Origin: Octopus vulgaris
Taxonomy: Eukaryota
Reading direction: 5' to 3'
DNA: 64,000 bases
NCBI GenBank assembly: GCA_951406725.2
Contig: OX597818.1
Location: 33,542,001-33,606,000 of the forward strand
Shown: in pieces, positions 13,095 through 26,300 of the stretch
Layout: each line of letters opens with the position of its first letter
Position numbering within the stretch: position 1 is the stretch's first letter
Translations under genes and position numbers: made by a program
The notes under the pieces: model-generated
The model's input: only the letters and a program-made list of their open reading frames with translations
Told to the model about the DNA's origin: nothing
Database searches by the model: none

Positions 13095-13174
13095 TAGATA
13101 TACATATGGTTGTGGGGCGTTTGAGTCTGTGTGCATCGATGTATATGTAGATACACACATAGAAATATATGGGC

Positions 13175-13221
<47 letters not shown>

Positions 13222-13639
13222 GTGAGGAGAAAGTGATCGAGGTAGATTTTTCATTTGACTGGTAATATTTAATATAATTGCCTTCAAAAGTATATATGCA
13301 ATTGTGAACAATTGTGAAATGATAATTACTAAGGAAGAATGACAGAATGTAAAAAAATAGTTCTATTTAGATCTATTCATTTTAAGAGCAATTCAATGCA
13401 TGTAATATTCTCAGACTAAACCAAGTGCCAGTTAACTTTTTGAAAAGCAAGAAAAATGCATTGTGGTAAAGTTAATTCAAATTTTGTAAAATATAATAAT
13501 GCATTTTTAATCAAATTAAAATTGTTAAATTTCGAAACTTATTTTATATGTGACAAAAATGAATAGCATGTAGAAAGTTCTGGACATAGATAGTTACACC
13601 GACAGCTTCAAGAGTCCTGATTGGTACAGAGGGTAGTTT

Positions 13640-14560
13640 TCTTTGAGTGCGCTGCAAAACGAAAAGGAAAACCTGTCAAAGTGCAGAACAGCAACCGGAC
13701 GGGAGTGATCTCTAGTCTTTGGGTTGACAACTCTCAGGGAGAACGAAAACTCTGATGTAAAAGCTGTGACTTCATTTACATCCAGTTATGTAGACTAGCT
13801 CTGAACAAATACATATGTTCCTTCGAGATTGGGAATGGACATGTGCATGACCTATTTTTTACATTAGAAAGTGTGAGGCACAAGTTACCATTGATTTTAA
13901 CAGTAGAACTCTTGATTGTCGGCCTGATCGTCGTCAATGACTTCTCGATGGACATTACTACATTTCCAAAGGTCTTCTAGATCACGCATCGTCTTCTAGA
14001 GACATACTTCCGCTTTGGGAGCGCCCATACCACTCGAATCATTGCATACAACCCATTCCCACGTTGCCGTAAGCTTTCCGAAGCCTGCTCCCTGTTGCTG
14101 TAGCAGACGCCCCAAACGCAATATTTCACGTTGGCTCTTTGTTTCTGTCCATGACAAAATCGCAGACAATAGCAAAAAACACAAATTTCACATATTAAGT
14201 GACAAGCACAGCGATCTCACTTGGCACATTGCCTCATGAAGGTTACTGCAATCGCTCATTACGCATGCAACCTTGTGCTGCCAACTGTAGGCTCACTACA
14301 GAGCTAGTCCGGGAACTTCTTGATACTATTGCAGGCCGCAGTTGTAAGCGACACAATGGAAAATTTTATGATGGAAAAAGGGCATGTACCAGTGTGGGTT
14401 GTATCAGTCTAAATAGCTGCTGCAAGGGCAACTTTTCAATGCCACATCCATGCAAAAGTGTATAGGTCTATAGGATATAGGTCTCTAGTGGCACCGAAAA
14501 TCTTCATCCATGTTGCTTTAACAGACAATGCCGATATAGCATTGCACGAAATCGAATTGC
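13640..14560 (+). mobile_element. Possible highly decayed RTE-clade LINE remnant
   Basis: GC-richer island. GGAGAACGAAAACTCTGA resembles an RTE 5' motif; peptides TTELVRELL, RACTSVGCISL and PKIFI loosely follow RTE RT order. Weak. Confidence 0.3.
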
Positions 14561-14664
14561 AGTCAGGATGTATGCATGTATTGTGTATACACATACAGTT
14601 ACACAATGATATATGCGTATATCAGTGTATGTGTGTGTTTGTTTACGTGCGCATGCGCGCGCGC

Positions 14665-14706
<42 letters not shown>

Positions 14707-15149
14707 GTGTGTACAAAATGAAAACATGAAAGATAATGAAAACCCATTGAAACGTGAATTTACTTTACTTACCTTCCAGCATCCAACAATAATTGGATCA
14801 ACTTACTTTCGTTTTCATTTCATATCTTTCACCTAAGAATGGTTTCTTGTTCTAAGGAAACGTTACATTATTACATTTTGCAATTATTACGTCTAATATA
14901 ACACGAAAAGTTAATTTGTAAAGTATCACTGAGTGTTTTAAATTAATTATATACTATTTATGAGTTATTCCGCCTTGCAGATTTTAGATTTTCTGCTGTT
15001 TCGAGACTTATTTCAAGTTATTATCAAATAGATAGGTGAACACCTAATATATTTTAATTCTGCATTTCTGTAAGATGGTTTAAAATTACTTTTGATGGTA
15101 GGCCTTAATATGTAAATATACCGAATAAGTAAGTATCTGTTTTAACATC

Positions 15150-16150
15150 ATCAGTACATTGGTGCCTTTAGGAAACATTCAGGCCACATCCACGTGTCCT
15201 CTTGTATTGCCTTAATAGGTATTGATTTTCATCAAATTAGGCTCACAATGAATCGCACCACTCTTAGGAAGCCTGGAAATGTGAATCCAGTTTCGGAAGG
15301 TTAAATTTTTATTATATGTAAATTCTTCATTGTTTCTTCACTAAGAGTTTTGAACGTGTGTGGCATACCTATATAGCACACTATTGCTCTAGTTTGAATT
15401 CCACATCATCAAAGTCACCGTAAATTCAAGATATAGTGATCCGTCGCATCATCGTCAATAAGGAATGGTCCAGCTAATCTTTGGACGATAAGTCGTAACT
15501 CCTAGTAAATTAAAAAGATGCTCTCCAGAAATTGAGCATTCTCAGGTTCACAATATATATTTGTGATAGTTAATTAAGTCATTAATTTAATTGTAGCCTC
15601 AAGACTCCAAACAATCTTTTTTAGAAAATATCATCTTCTTCACGTTTTGGTGCTTTGGATATTATACCAGAAATTTGCGATTTTAAGTAGGGTTCCTGTA
15701 GGGGATCGCAGTCGTCAGTTGACACTCAGAGAAAATCAATAAAATGATAGATAGGTGAGTGACCCTTCCTGAAGCAATTAAAATCAAGCAGACAGAACAT
15801 CTCTCTGCTTTCATGCTGAATAATTCAGTTGTTAGAGCAAGTGAACGAGTTTCCAATTGTATAAATGTGTAAATAGTTGAATTTTCTACACAACACGTAT
15901 TTTTCAAGTAATCGTCAAACGGAATAACATAATACAATGATGGAAAAGGTTGTCCATTTTGAATTACTGTCACATTCTATCAACCCAATACCAGTCGTAA
16001 GGTTTGGATCCAAGTGTATATGCAGGATCTCATTACTGCAAAACTATGCCTGCCTTCTACCCCACGAAGCAATGCTGAAGATGATTTTAGGAATCATGCT
16101 GAAATAAGACTTATTCGACCTTCCAAGCCAATATAGTTTCCAAACTGCCA
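15150..16150 (-). mobile_element. Possible decayed Helitron Pif1-like helicase remnant
   Basis: Minus-strand fragments in the expected order: SALLRG..RHSF, SQISGIISKAPKREE, PENAQF, LPKSGAI..PNL...GNTR. Heavily frameshifted. Confidence 0.35.
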
Positions 16151-17255
16151 TTAAAAAATGAGAATCATGGTAATGTGCTATGAAAATATAGTAGTAAAAT
16201 AAGAAATGATTTGCACATTAGAAGAGATAAATATTGTACGTTTCATTGCTGTTCTAAGATCACTTTTACGTGGAAAATCTCTGGAAATTGTGAGAAATGC
16301 GCAATTTTAGGAAATCGAGGCCCAGTTTGGTTAGGAATAAGAACACTACATATTACTGTATGGATATTTTATGTTCTAGACTAACAGAAACATCTTCCGT
16401 TTCCGAGGTTATCGGCATTATGATGTAACTATGTGCAAAATTCTATTTGTGTATTTCATATATTATCTAGAAAGTTGTGAATTATTCTAGCCAATAGTAT
16501 TCCCCTATGTTTCCATTTCGGTGAAGTTGAAGTTGGTTTATAATAGATACTTGCTTAGATATTCCCATCTGTATCAATTTATCGAGTTTATATTCTATTA
16601 AATATTTCGTATACAATGTTCAAATTTTACTTCATATTTTGTTGATATCTACGCAGTTTTTAGTATGATATATATGTCTGCATATTTTGTCCGCATTATT
16701 GAATAAATGTAACATTTGAAATTGTTGTATGAAATGAAGGCGTTATTATTACTCATAAGCTTAGATATATTTATAGAAGACAAAATTTAAATCCTTTGAC
16801 AAACCACATACTATGTTACTGTTAATTTAAATGTCAGGGCTATTTAGAGCCACATACTATATCATTGTTAATTAAAAGCGCATCAGGTGTTACGGAAAGT
16901 GTCAAGGAATTGTGTCATTCTTGTCTATTCCATTAAAGTTTAGCTGTGGTGTAAGAAAGCAGCTTAATTGCCATTAAACATTGGGCGGAATGTTTGATGT
17001 ATTTACTCAATGCATCGCAGATATTGCAATAGCAGTAGTATTCTCCAACTTAAAATTTTGAGATAATTAAACATAGGTCCATGTTCATATGTTTACAATA
17101 CATGAAACAATTTACAGTCGAGAAAATCTGAAGAATTATGCGCATTAATTTGATTGGTTATTAAACTACAGCATATGTACGTTGATTCATTTTATTCCAG
17201 CAAAGGGAAGGTTCCGCAGTGGACCTGATAGAGATCGCAACATAGCAGAGCAAAT

Positions 17256-17632
17256 GGATGGATGGAAGCACTCCGTCGGTTACGACGACGAGGGTTCCGG
17301 TTGATCAGAATCAACGGAACAGCCTGCTCGTGAAATTAACGTGCAAGTGGCTGAGCACTCCACAGACACGTGTACCCTTAACGTAGTTCTCGGGGATATT
17401 CAGCGTGACAAGGCCGGCCCTTTGAAATACGGGTACAACAGAAACAGGAAGTAAGAGTGAGAGAAAGTTGTGGTGAAAGAGTACAGCAGAGATCACCACC
17501 ATCCCTGCCGGATGCCTCGTGGAACTTTAGGTGTTTTCGCTCAATAAACACTCACAACGCCCGGTCTGGGAATCGAAACCGCGATCCTACGACCGCGAGT
17601 CCGCTGCCCTAACCACTGGGCCATTGCGCCTC
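17256..17632 (-). mobile_element. tRNA-derived SINE family C, full length with TSD
   Basis: Minus head GGAGGCGCAATGGCCCAGTGGTTAGGGCAGCGGACTCGCGGTCGTAGGATCGCGGTTTCGATTCCC (A and B boxes, TCG at the anticodon-like position). Tail (CCAT)n. TSD CATAGCAGAGCAAAT at 17241-17255 and 17633-17647. Confidence 0.9.
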
Positions 17633-18132
17633 CATAGCAGAGCAAATAATATTTATTGGATAATATTTTCCTCTATATATGTAGACAAAAGCGTGATGGT
17701 CACAATTAGAATGGCTTTAATCATAGTTTTTAATCAAATTTCACTTACATTTAAACACCAGCAATGAAAGCAAGAGCACTTAGATTTATTTATTGATTTC
17801 ATGTAAATATGAAATATATCTTCTACATACGCGGCTTATTCAACACACACAGGTCATAAATTACTCCACTAACAAACTTGATCAGTTATCAATTTGAAGC
17901 TTAATGAATTGAACTAATTACAAAGAGAGCATGCCTTATTCCATATTTGTAATGCTTCTTGACATAAAGCATTGCGTCTACTTCATAGAATCAAATTAAG
18001 TTCGTGGTACGGAGCTCTTAATACGTGTCGAATGCATATGCTTGCAGAAAATTTGAGAGAAACGGAGTATTTTACGTTTATCCCAGTCTGGATACACAAA
18101 CAATATCTGCACGTTTTAACTATGCAACCCAA

Positions 18133-18306
18133 CCTCCCGCTCTCTCTCTCTCTCTCTCTCATCTTCCCCCTTGTCTATCCCTTGCCTACCTCTCCCTTTC
18201 TCTCTCCCCCTCTGCTGATTTGTCACTCTCCTTCTCTCTTTCTCTCTTTCTGGTAAATCTCCTTGTCTCACAGTTTCCTCTCTTTGTCCCTCCCCACTTC
18301 GCTCTT

Positions 18307-18340
<34 letters not shown>

Positions 18341-18550
18341 GCACCTCTGCTTCGCTCGCTCTTTCTCTCTTACCCTATCAACCTCCCTCTGCAAACTTGT
18401 CACCTTCTTTCCCTCTCTGCCTTTCTCTTTCTCTCCTTCTCATGTCAGCCCCCTTCTCTCTCCTCCTCTCTCTGTTCCTCTATTTCGCTCTGTCCCTTCC
18501 TTTCTCTCTCCGTATCCCTCCCAGATCCTCTTTACTTCTCTCTCCCTATT
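18133..18550. repeat. CT-rich low-complexity polypyrimidine tract
   Basis: About 420 nt of degenerate (CT)n immediately 5' of the LINE. Confidence 0.9.
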
Positions 18551-18554
18551 CGTG

Positions 18555-21500
18555 AACGCATGGAAATCTCTGAAGGTGACCCACCCAACATCATTGCAGT
18601 GGCACTTAAAAGTAGTAATTTTTTCTAGAACTACAGCCCAGGTAGAGCGCAAAAAACACGAATTACTCCGTTCTTATTCTCTAATTAGACAGCATATAGA
18701 CACACTAGACCTCATCCTGGGAGGAAACTGCTCCAAGGATGACAGAAAAGAATGAAAGAAACCTCCAGAGCCCAACAATCCCTCGAAGGAAGAAAACAAA
18801 AGCCACGTCTGAGGGGCCTGCAAATGAGTGAAACAATGATACTGGTTCGGCCTCCATCACGCCAGAAGACCAAAGAGGTGTGAGAGCCGAAAGAAGAAAA
18901 TATGAAGACAAACCCAACAAAATAAAAGCTGTCAAAAGCAACGAAGAACGAAGAGTCAAAGAAAGGAAACAGGAGAAACAACCGAATATGCTGATACGAA
19001 ATGGAGGTTCCCCAACAGAAGCTACAGGAGTTGGAAGGGCAAAAGCAGGAACTCTTGCAAATTCTACCAGCAAGTACACTGCTGGTACGGTGCTGATGAT
19101 GCAAACTGTCGCTTTGCACACTGGAAGCCCTGCCAAAACCACATGGGCCCCAGACAACACTCCCTTCCCCGAAGAGGACAAAAGGAAAGGCACCAAAGTA
19201 GTAAAAATAGCACACTGTCTACTTCAGAAAGACAATATGCAGACGCAGTGCGCGGTCCAGCAAACGGCTAGCTTCATCCAGGTGTGAAAAGGGTGGCAGC
19301 TGAATAGCAATCTTTTATGTGCATGGCACAAAAGATTGTCCAGCATCTGACCTGGCTTCAAACCCAAGCCTAGAACTACGCCACCAACACCACCAACAGA
19401 TACAGGATGGCAACCACTAACACCAACACACACATTACAAAGATATATCTTTTGAATACAGGAGGGCTGTTACATGGCAACAGTAAATCAAAAATCTCAT
19501 TCCTGAGAGACCTTGCGACATGCAATCAAGCTTTATGCATGACACTTGTAGAAATGCATCTTAGACATGATATAGGGGATGCCACAATATGTTGTCATAC
19601 GCTCAAACAGAAAGGAGAGGAGCCATGGTGGAGTTGCTGTGTACATCCGAGAGGACCTCACGCCCTAGGTCCTGCTGTTATATTCTAATTCAGTGTGTGA
19701 CACTCTAATTGTACACATAAGACAACTTAATATTGTTATATGTACTACACATCGCCCACCAGATGCTCTGAGTCATACAGACAAATTTGAAGACTGCTTA
19801 GTAAAGATAGGAGAAGTTCTCATCAAACTGGAATAACACATTAATGTATTCCTTTTGGGTGACTTTAACATCCCAAACATAGAATGGAATGGTTTGGAGG
19901 ATAGATTCTCCCAGGAATGACACACCAACAGCAAACACAAGCAGAGTCCCTGCTCCAACTTACAAATCCCTCTTCCATGGAACAAAACATGCTGCAACCA
20001 GCCAGGGCAAATAATATACCGGATCTCAGCTTCACAAACAATATGGACATTATCCATAATGCTAAAGTGACACCGACGCTGATCTCGGATCACATTATAA
20101 TAGAACTGTCTATGTATGGACCAAAAGCTACTGCAGACATGCAGCCTATACGAAGCACCCAAAATCTCTCCAAACTAAACTTTCACAAAGTAAATTGGAA
20201 GCTGATTGAGAAAGAGATCCTCAAGCAGGATTGCCCTAAATGTCTCTCCACACCAGACATTGATATGAAACACAAACATTTCATGTCCATAATACAAGCA
20301 TTGTATGACAAATCTGTCCCATTGTGCAAGGCCAACATACACAAAAACGGGATCCCCAGAGAAATAAAAATTCTTATGAGACGATGGACAAAGATTACGA
20401 ACCGCCTGAGCAAGCATCCCAAAAGTGGCGATAAATCTCGTCTGGAGAGAGTGCTATTGGAAACTGAGAAATGCCTGCATCAGTCTCATGAAAATGAGAG
20501 AGCAGATAAAGAAGCTTTGTTTATAGAAAATATCAAGTCAAACTCTAAAGCCTTCTTTACGTTTGCCAATAAACACCCTTGATACGCCACAAGATAGGAC
20601 CCCTCTTCCAAAAAGGAAACCCCATGAGGGTAAGTGAAATATTGAACGAACAGTTCCAAAGTGTACTCACTATACCGCTGTAATACAGGCTAGTGAACAA
20701 ACCAGTGGAATTCTTTGACACATTACCTAAAACCAAAGAGGTTGGAAAAATTGAGTACATAAACATTGAAGAAGATGTAATTCTGGCCATAGATGAGGTT
20801 GACACAAACTCAGCGGCTGGCGTGAATGGGTTTCCGGCGTTCCTACTCAAATCATGAAGCATGCTCTTACAAAACCACAGCAGTTTTTCTTACAGAGCTT
20901 CAATGCAAGAGGTAAGCTCCTAGAGAAATTGAAGGAAGGAATAATATGCCCTATCCATAAGGAAGGAAGCAGAGCAGATGCTAAAAATTATAGGCCTATA
21001 TCTCTGACCTCATACATCAGTAAAGTCAAGGAACGAATAGTCCGCGAGTAACTAATCACATTCCTAGAAGAAAATGACTTGCTGACTGACACCCAGCATG
21101 GATTTCGTCCAGGTGGAAAATGACTCAAGTGTGGATGTAATATATCTCGACTTTGCAAAAGCCTTTCATAAAATTCACTATGGTATGATATGTCACAAAC
21201 TGCGCGATCTCGGCATATGCAGAAAACTTGGAGAATGGCTGCACAACATTCTAAAGGATAGACGTGAGACAGTAGTGGCAAATGGAGCCACCTCCAAGGA
21301 AACGCAAATTGCAAGTGGTGTTCCACAGGGCACTGTCTTGGGGCCACTGCTGTTCATAGTAGCCCTCTAAGACATGCCCTCGGCTGCTCAGCTAGCCACC
21401 CTTGCTAGGTATGCAGATGACACAAAAGTCTCTCAAACAGTACAAAATCCTGCAAATATTGCACATCTGCAACGGGAGTTGGACGCAATATACAAGTGGG

Positions 21501-22160
21501 CTGAGGATGACAACATGCAGTTCAATGCAGGAAAATTCCAGGCCCTACGCTACCAGCACACGAAGCTAAACAACATGCAGACAGGATACACTGGCCTAGG
21601 AGGAACTGAAATGCCTCAAATCAGTGCGTGACCTGGACAATGACATGAGCAATGATGCATCTTTCCAAGTGCATATTACCAATTTGGTAATAAAATGCAG
21701 ATGGCTCGCTGGCTGGATCCTCTGAACTTTCCAAACAAGAGAAAAAGTGACATTGATTATCCTTTGGAGGAAATACGTTCTCAGCCGCTTAGACTATTGC
21801 TCCCAACAATGGTTACCACACGATAAAAAATTCACGGCGGAAGCCGAAACAATCAGACGGAGCTACATTAAGAAAATCGTCTCCATGCAACATGTCAGCA
21901 ACCGGAAAAGACTTAAAGAATTAAAACTCTTCTTTCTGGAAAGAAGGTAGGAGAGATATGCAGTTGTATACATCTGGAAAATCCTAGAAGGCCCTGTAAT
22001 AGACTTTAGCTTTGAAAGTTACTCAAACTCTAGAACGGGGCTCCACCGCGTAGTGCCAAAGATTCCAGCATCGCCATCAAAATACAGGACCAAATACTGC
22101 AACAGCTTGGGTATCAAGGGCTCACAGCTCTTTAATATCCTTCCAAAATGCCTGAGAGAC
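18555..22160 (+). mobile_element. Nearly full-length decayed CR1-group LINE (ORF1 remnant, APE endonuclease, reverse transcriptase)
   Basis: APE motifs LNTGGL, SHGGVAVYIREDL, HRPPD, LLGDFNIPNIEW, SDH. RT motifs NYRPISLTS, QHGFRPG, VDVIYLDFAKAF, SGVPQGTVLGPLLF, YADDTKV, MQFNAGKF, SRLDYCS. Many stops and frameshifts; 3' UTR missing. Confidence 0.92.
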
Positions 22161-22209
22161 TTTTCATTCTTTTTTTGTCTTACCATTTCTATCTATCTAT
22201 CTATCTATA

Positions 22210-22297
<88 letters not shown>

Positions 22298-22329
22298 CAA
22301 AATTAGCAACAGAATATCAAGGGGTGATG

Positions 22330-22408
22330 CAGTACGACCGTATCAAGCGGCTCCATTTCATTGAACCATGTAATCATTACATCAATTTAAATGGAAGGCT
22401 GTCCTCAG

Positions 22409-22411
<3 letters not shown>
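22330..22411 (-). ncRNA. Degenerate type I hammerhead-like motif with long stem II
   Basis: Minus strand: tag-CTGAGGA-cagccttccattt...aaatggagccgctt-GATA-cggtcg-TA-ctg. GAAA is mutated to GATA. Confidence 0.5.
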
Positions 22412-22467
<56 letters not shown>

Positions 22468-22669
22468 CAGACAGACAGACAGACAAACTGAGATCGATAG
22501 ATTGATAAAAATATAGATAGGAAGATGTGTTCTCTGTATTCGTGTACAAGTATGTGCATGTGAATGTGTACATGTGTGTGTGTGTATGTGTGCATGTGTG
22601 TGTGTGTGTCTGTCAGCGTGTGTAAATATATAGCTTCAATATTTTAGGAAACACTACAACTTACAGAAA

Positions 22670-22730
<61 letters not shown>

Positions 22731-23323
22731 GCAGACTATAAAACTGGAGAAATTCATATGTATGCATAGATATGGAAGCCAAATAACTTATATATATATA
22801 AGAAGAAAAACCTGAATTTAAAGAGTGGAGAAGAAAAGGAACGTAGTTTCCATAGAAACGTAGACCGCTCGTTGTCCACGAGAAGAACTGCCAGGAACAA
22901 TAATCTTCCGCAGTTCCAATGCTTGCCATTCTTGTGTCAGGTAATTTCTCTAGTTTCTCCATAATTAGGTTGATTTACACGGGCGACTACAGTTAAGACG
23001 CTTTCTAACATATCGACCGGAAGAAGGACTAGAAAATGTATTTCGTATGTGTATGTGAATATATATTACTATATATGTGTTGTTATGCCTATGTATGCCT
23101 GTAGGTTTATGCGTGTGAAGTTGTATCAAAATTGCACATCTACAAATTGACAGGTATAGATGTGTATTCATACATTTATACATAAAATATAACAATATAA
23201 TTATAAAATAAATAAATATGTATGTATATATATATATATATATATATATAGTAAATTCAGGGTGAATACTTGATAAATGTGAGCACCTGTATATGCTGTA
23301 TATGCCAGCTAGTAGCAGAGGTG

Positions 23324-23410
23324 AAAGGATATATGTATCAAATGAAATAAAAAACAGACATCCTTTGTGTTCTGTTTTTTATTTCATTTGATACATATAT
23401 ATGTCCTTTT
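23324..23410. repeat. About 35-bp inverted repeat (hairpin)
   Basis: AAAGGATATATGTATCAAATGAAATAAAAAACAGA, short spacer, then TCTGTTTTTTATTTCATTTGATACATATAT. Confidence 0.9.
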
Positions 23411-23979
23411 TTGTGTTCCTAGCACTAGGCTTCCTTATTTGGGAGCCCTTAATTATATTTCTATAAGAATAATATTTTTCTGTATGAATAATATTTTGTC
23501 TAATGACTAATTCGTCTTTTGTGCTAGGCCACTGGTAATAATAATCTATGTTATTACCCTTTTTGATTATATTCACATATTACTTGATAGATTTGTTCGT
23601 AAATATGTTGCGTCTGCACAGAGGTTTGAAAAGTTAAGATTTACAAAATGTTTAGATCGACACATGGTCTAACACTCTGTGCATCTAGAATTAACAAAGG
23701 CGTCCCGCTGATGAACCTGGCCTTGGCAAACTTATTCTGTCTATTTTGCTAGAAAGAGGTAGAAACTGATCAGTCCGGGATATATCATTAATGGTAAATG
23801 CTTTTGATTTTCACTCTCGATGAACTTATCCCTTTTTGTGTCCCTAGCACAAGGCCTCCTTATTTGGGAGCCCTTAATTATATTTCTATATGAATAATAT
23901 TTTGTCTAATGACTAATTCGTCTTTTGTGCTTGGCCACTGGTAATAATAATCTATGTTATTACCCTTTTTGATTATATT

Positions 23980-23983
<4 letters not shown>
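23404..23983 (+). mobile_element. Direct-repeat module (about 155-175 bp repeats, period about 425 bp) enclosing a hammerhead; Penelope pLTR-like or retrozyme-like
   Basis: 23404-23577 is repeated at 23830-23983 with the hammerhead between them. Confidence 0.7.
23702..23781 (+). ncRNA. Type I hammerhead ribozyme, near-canonical
   Basis: GTCCCG-CTGATGA-ACCT...AGGT-a-GAAA-CTGATCAG-TC-CGGGAT. Six-bp stem I, intact core, palindromic stem III, GUC cleavage triplet; one extra A before GAAA. Confidence 0.8.
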
Positions 23984-24040
<57 letters not shown>

Positions 24041-24369
24041 TCTTTAACATGTTTCAGTCCAATGACTGTGGCCATGCTGGAGCACCGCCATTGTAATCAT
24101 CTTTTCACTTTCCACCTTTCGGAGCGGCTTTTGGTGAAGGATGGAGTTCGATGTTACTGCCCTCTTTTGAGTTTCTTCCTTAGATATTGGCTCATCCGGG
24201 ATCTCGGCGAGCCAGAGGTCAAGCCCACGTTTGAAAATGTTTACATCCACTCCATGGAGGCTCCTCAGATTCTTCGGCAGACAGTTAAACAACTGTGGGT
24301 TCTTGAAACCCAAGCTATTGCAGTACATCGTCCTTGCCCGAGATGAAGCAGTCGGCACAATGGGGGCAG

Positions 24370-24372
<3 letters not shown>
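24041..24372 (-). mobile_element. 3' fragment of CR1-group LINE
   Basis: Encodes RTMYCNSLGFKNPQLFNCLPKNLRSLHGVDVNIFKRGLDLWLAEIPDEP; ends GGCGGTGCTCCAGCATGGCCACAGTCATTGGACTGAAAC. Confidence 0.85.
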
Positions 24373-24407
<35 letters not shown>

Positions 24408-25114
24408 CGTACTCGCATATATGTTCAAGCATATGTACATATATATATGTGGGTGTACATGCATGTGTTCCACGGGAGTCTGTGTGAGCATATAGGATGC
24501 ACGTATTTTTAGAGGGGTATTTGAATATAACTGTGCGCGTATGGTTATGAGCACGTGTGTCTGTGTATGTGTGCGCGCGCGCGTGTGTGTAGATATGTAT
24601 ACGTGTACATGCAAGATTGCATATATATATGTGCATCTATTGGCGTATGTGTGGGTGCGCATGTGTGTGTGTGTTTCATGCGTATGAGAGTAAGCATATG
24701 CGTACGTGGGTGTGCTTGCGCGCATGTGTATGTATTACGCGATTGCTATGAGCATTTATACTCCTTTACTGTTTACTTCCGCCCCTTCGGTTTTTCTATT
24801 ATTCTAATAGCAATTTTGTCTTAATAACAGTCAATTTACATAGTAATTTCCCTTTGATTAACGGGCAGTTTCATAGAATACTTTGATTGCTTCGATAACT
24901 GAAGTGATGCCGGTGCAGGTTTCTACGCCTACATCCAAAACTCGGAGTTTTATTATGGTAACCGAATAATTGTCACATATTATGTTACAGATAAATTCCT
25001 CTATTTACATAATATCGAGGTCTCTTTCATTCTTTTGTTGTTTTACCATTACTATTAATATACATAATATATATATATATATATATATAATGTACTTATA
25101 TATATATCTATATC

Positions 25115-25162
<48 letters not shown>

Positions 25163-25385
25163 CATATATACATATATATTATATTTATCTCTGAACCATC
25201 TACACATCATCGTTCTAAGATTAAATTTAAGTATTAAAGCTTATTTCGTATTATAAATCCATAAAATAGTTTTGAGTGTGTTTTGGTTGCTATTTGTAAT
25301 AACTCGAGCGGTTAATGGCCCTAATTCATTTATTTATTTGCAGGTCGCTCGTTCCTAGATATGTCATTGATATATACAAACCACT

Positions 25386-25592
25386 AAGGGGATGAGCAGG
25401 CAAAAATCGTTAGCACGCCGGGTGAAATACTTAGTTGCATTTCGTCCGTTTTTGTGTTCTGGTTTAAAATTCTGTCGAGGTCGACTTTACCTTTCGTGGT
25501 TGATAAAATAAGCGCCAGTTGAACAATGGGGTCAATGTAATCGACTCAACCCCTTCCCCGAAATTACTGGCCTTGTGCTAAAATTTGAAATC
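25386..25592 (+). mobile_element. SINE family B, diverged
   Basis: ATCGTTAGCACGCCGGGTGAAA, GAGGTCGACTTT, GGCCTTGTGC tail. Confidence 0.8.
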
Positions 25593-25774
25593 AGTATATG
25601 CAAACTGTAGTGCATATCTGTTGTATGATTTTTCTTGCGATGCAAAATAAATATATTGAACTTCAAATCAGACATTTGAAGAATCGAGCTGCCAGGTACG
25701 GTTTAGTCAAGTGTTTCACTGTTTTTCATATAGAACGACTTTTCTTATTGAGCATCTTTTAACTTGCTTTGATA

Positions 25775-25975
25775 TTGGTTTCAAATTTTGGCACGACGCC
25801 AGCATTTTAGAAAGCAAGTAAGTCGATTGCATCGAACCCAGTGTTCAAGTGGTACTTATTTATCGAACCCCAGAAAGGTGAAAAGCAAAGTCGACCTCGA
25901 CGGACTTTGAACTCAGATTCTAAAGACGAACAAAGTGACACTACAGCGCGCTAATGATTCTACCTGCTCACTGCC
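25775..25975 (-). mobile_element. SINE family B, diverged
   Basis: Reverse-complement core GAAAGGTGAAAAGCAAAGTCGACCTCG. Confidence 0.8.
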
Positions 25976-26007
25976 CTTTAACTACCTCTAATATTATCAA
26001 CAAGAAA

Positions 26008-26300
26008 AGCGGTGAGCTGGCAGAATCGTTAGCACACCGGGCGAAATGCTTAGTGGTATTTCCTCTGTCTTTATGTTCTGAGTTGAAATTCCACCGAGGT
26101 CGACTTTGCCTTTGAGCCTTTTGGGATCGATAAATTAAGTACCAGTTGTGTACTGGAGTCGATCTAATCGACTGGCCCCTTCCCCCAAAATTTCGGGCCT
26201 TGCGCCTACAGTTGAAAAGAGTCGTTAGCACACCCGACAAAATGCTTAGCGTCATTTCATCTATCTTTGCGTTATGTGTTCAGATTCCGCAGAGGTCGAC
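26008..26300 (+). mobile_element. SINE family B copy followed by the head of a second copy
   Basis: GCGGTGAGCTGGCAGAATCGTTAGCAC at 26008; second GTCGTTAGCAC at 26221. Confidence 0.85.

Noticed and set aside
17560-17632. tRNA-Arg-like sequence, likewise the heads of SINE-A and SINE-B
   Set aside because: These are SINE heads continuous with SINE bodies and TSDs, not tRNA genes.
18880-22364. LINE ORF fragments as functional CDS, likewise 47021-47506
   Set aside because: Broken by many stops, frameshifts and internal deletions; reported as decayed elements.
25330-25385. Possible splice acceptor TTTATTTGCAG and short exon
   Set aside because: Such motifs are common by chance in AT-rich DNA; no supportable reading frame or donor.
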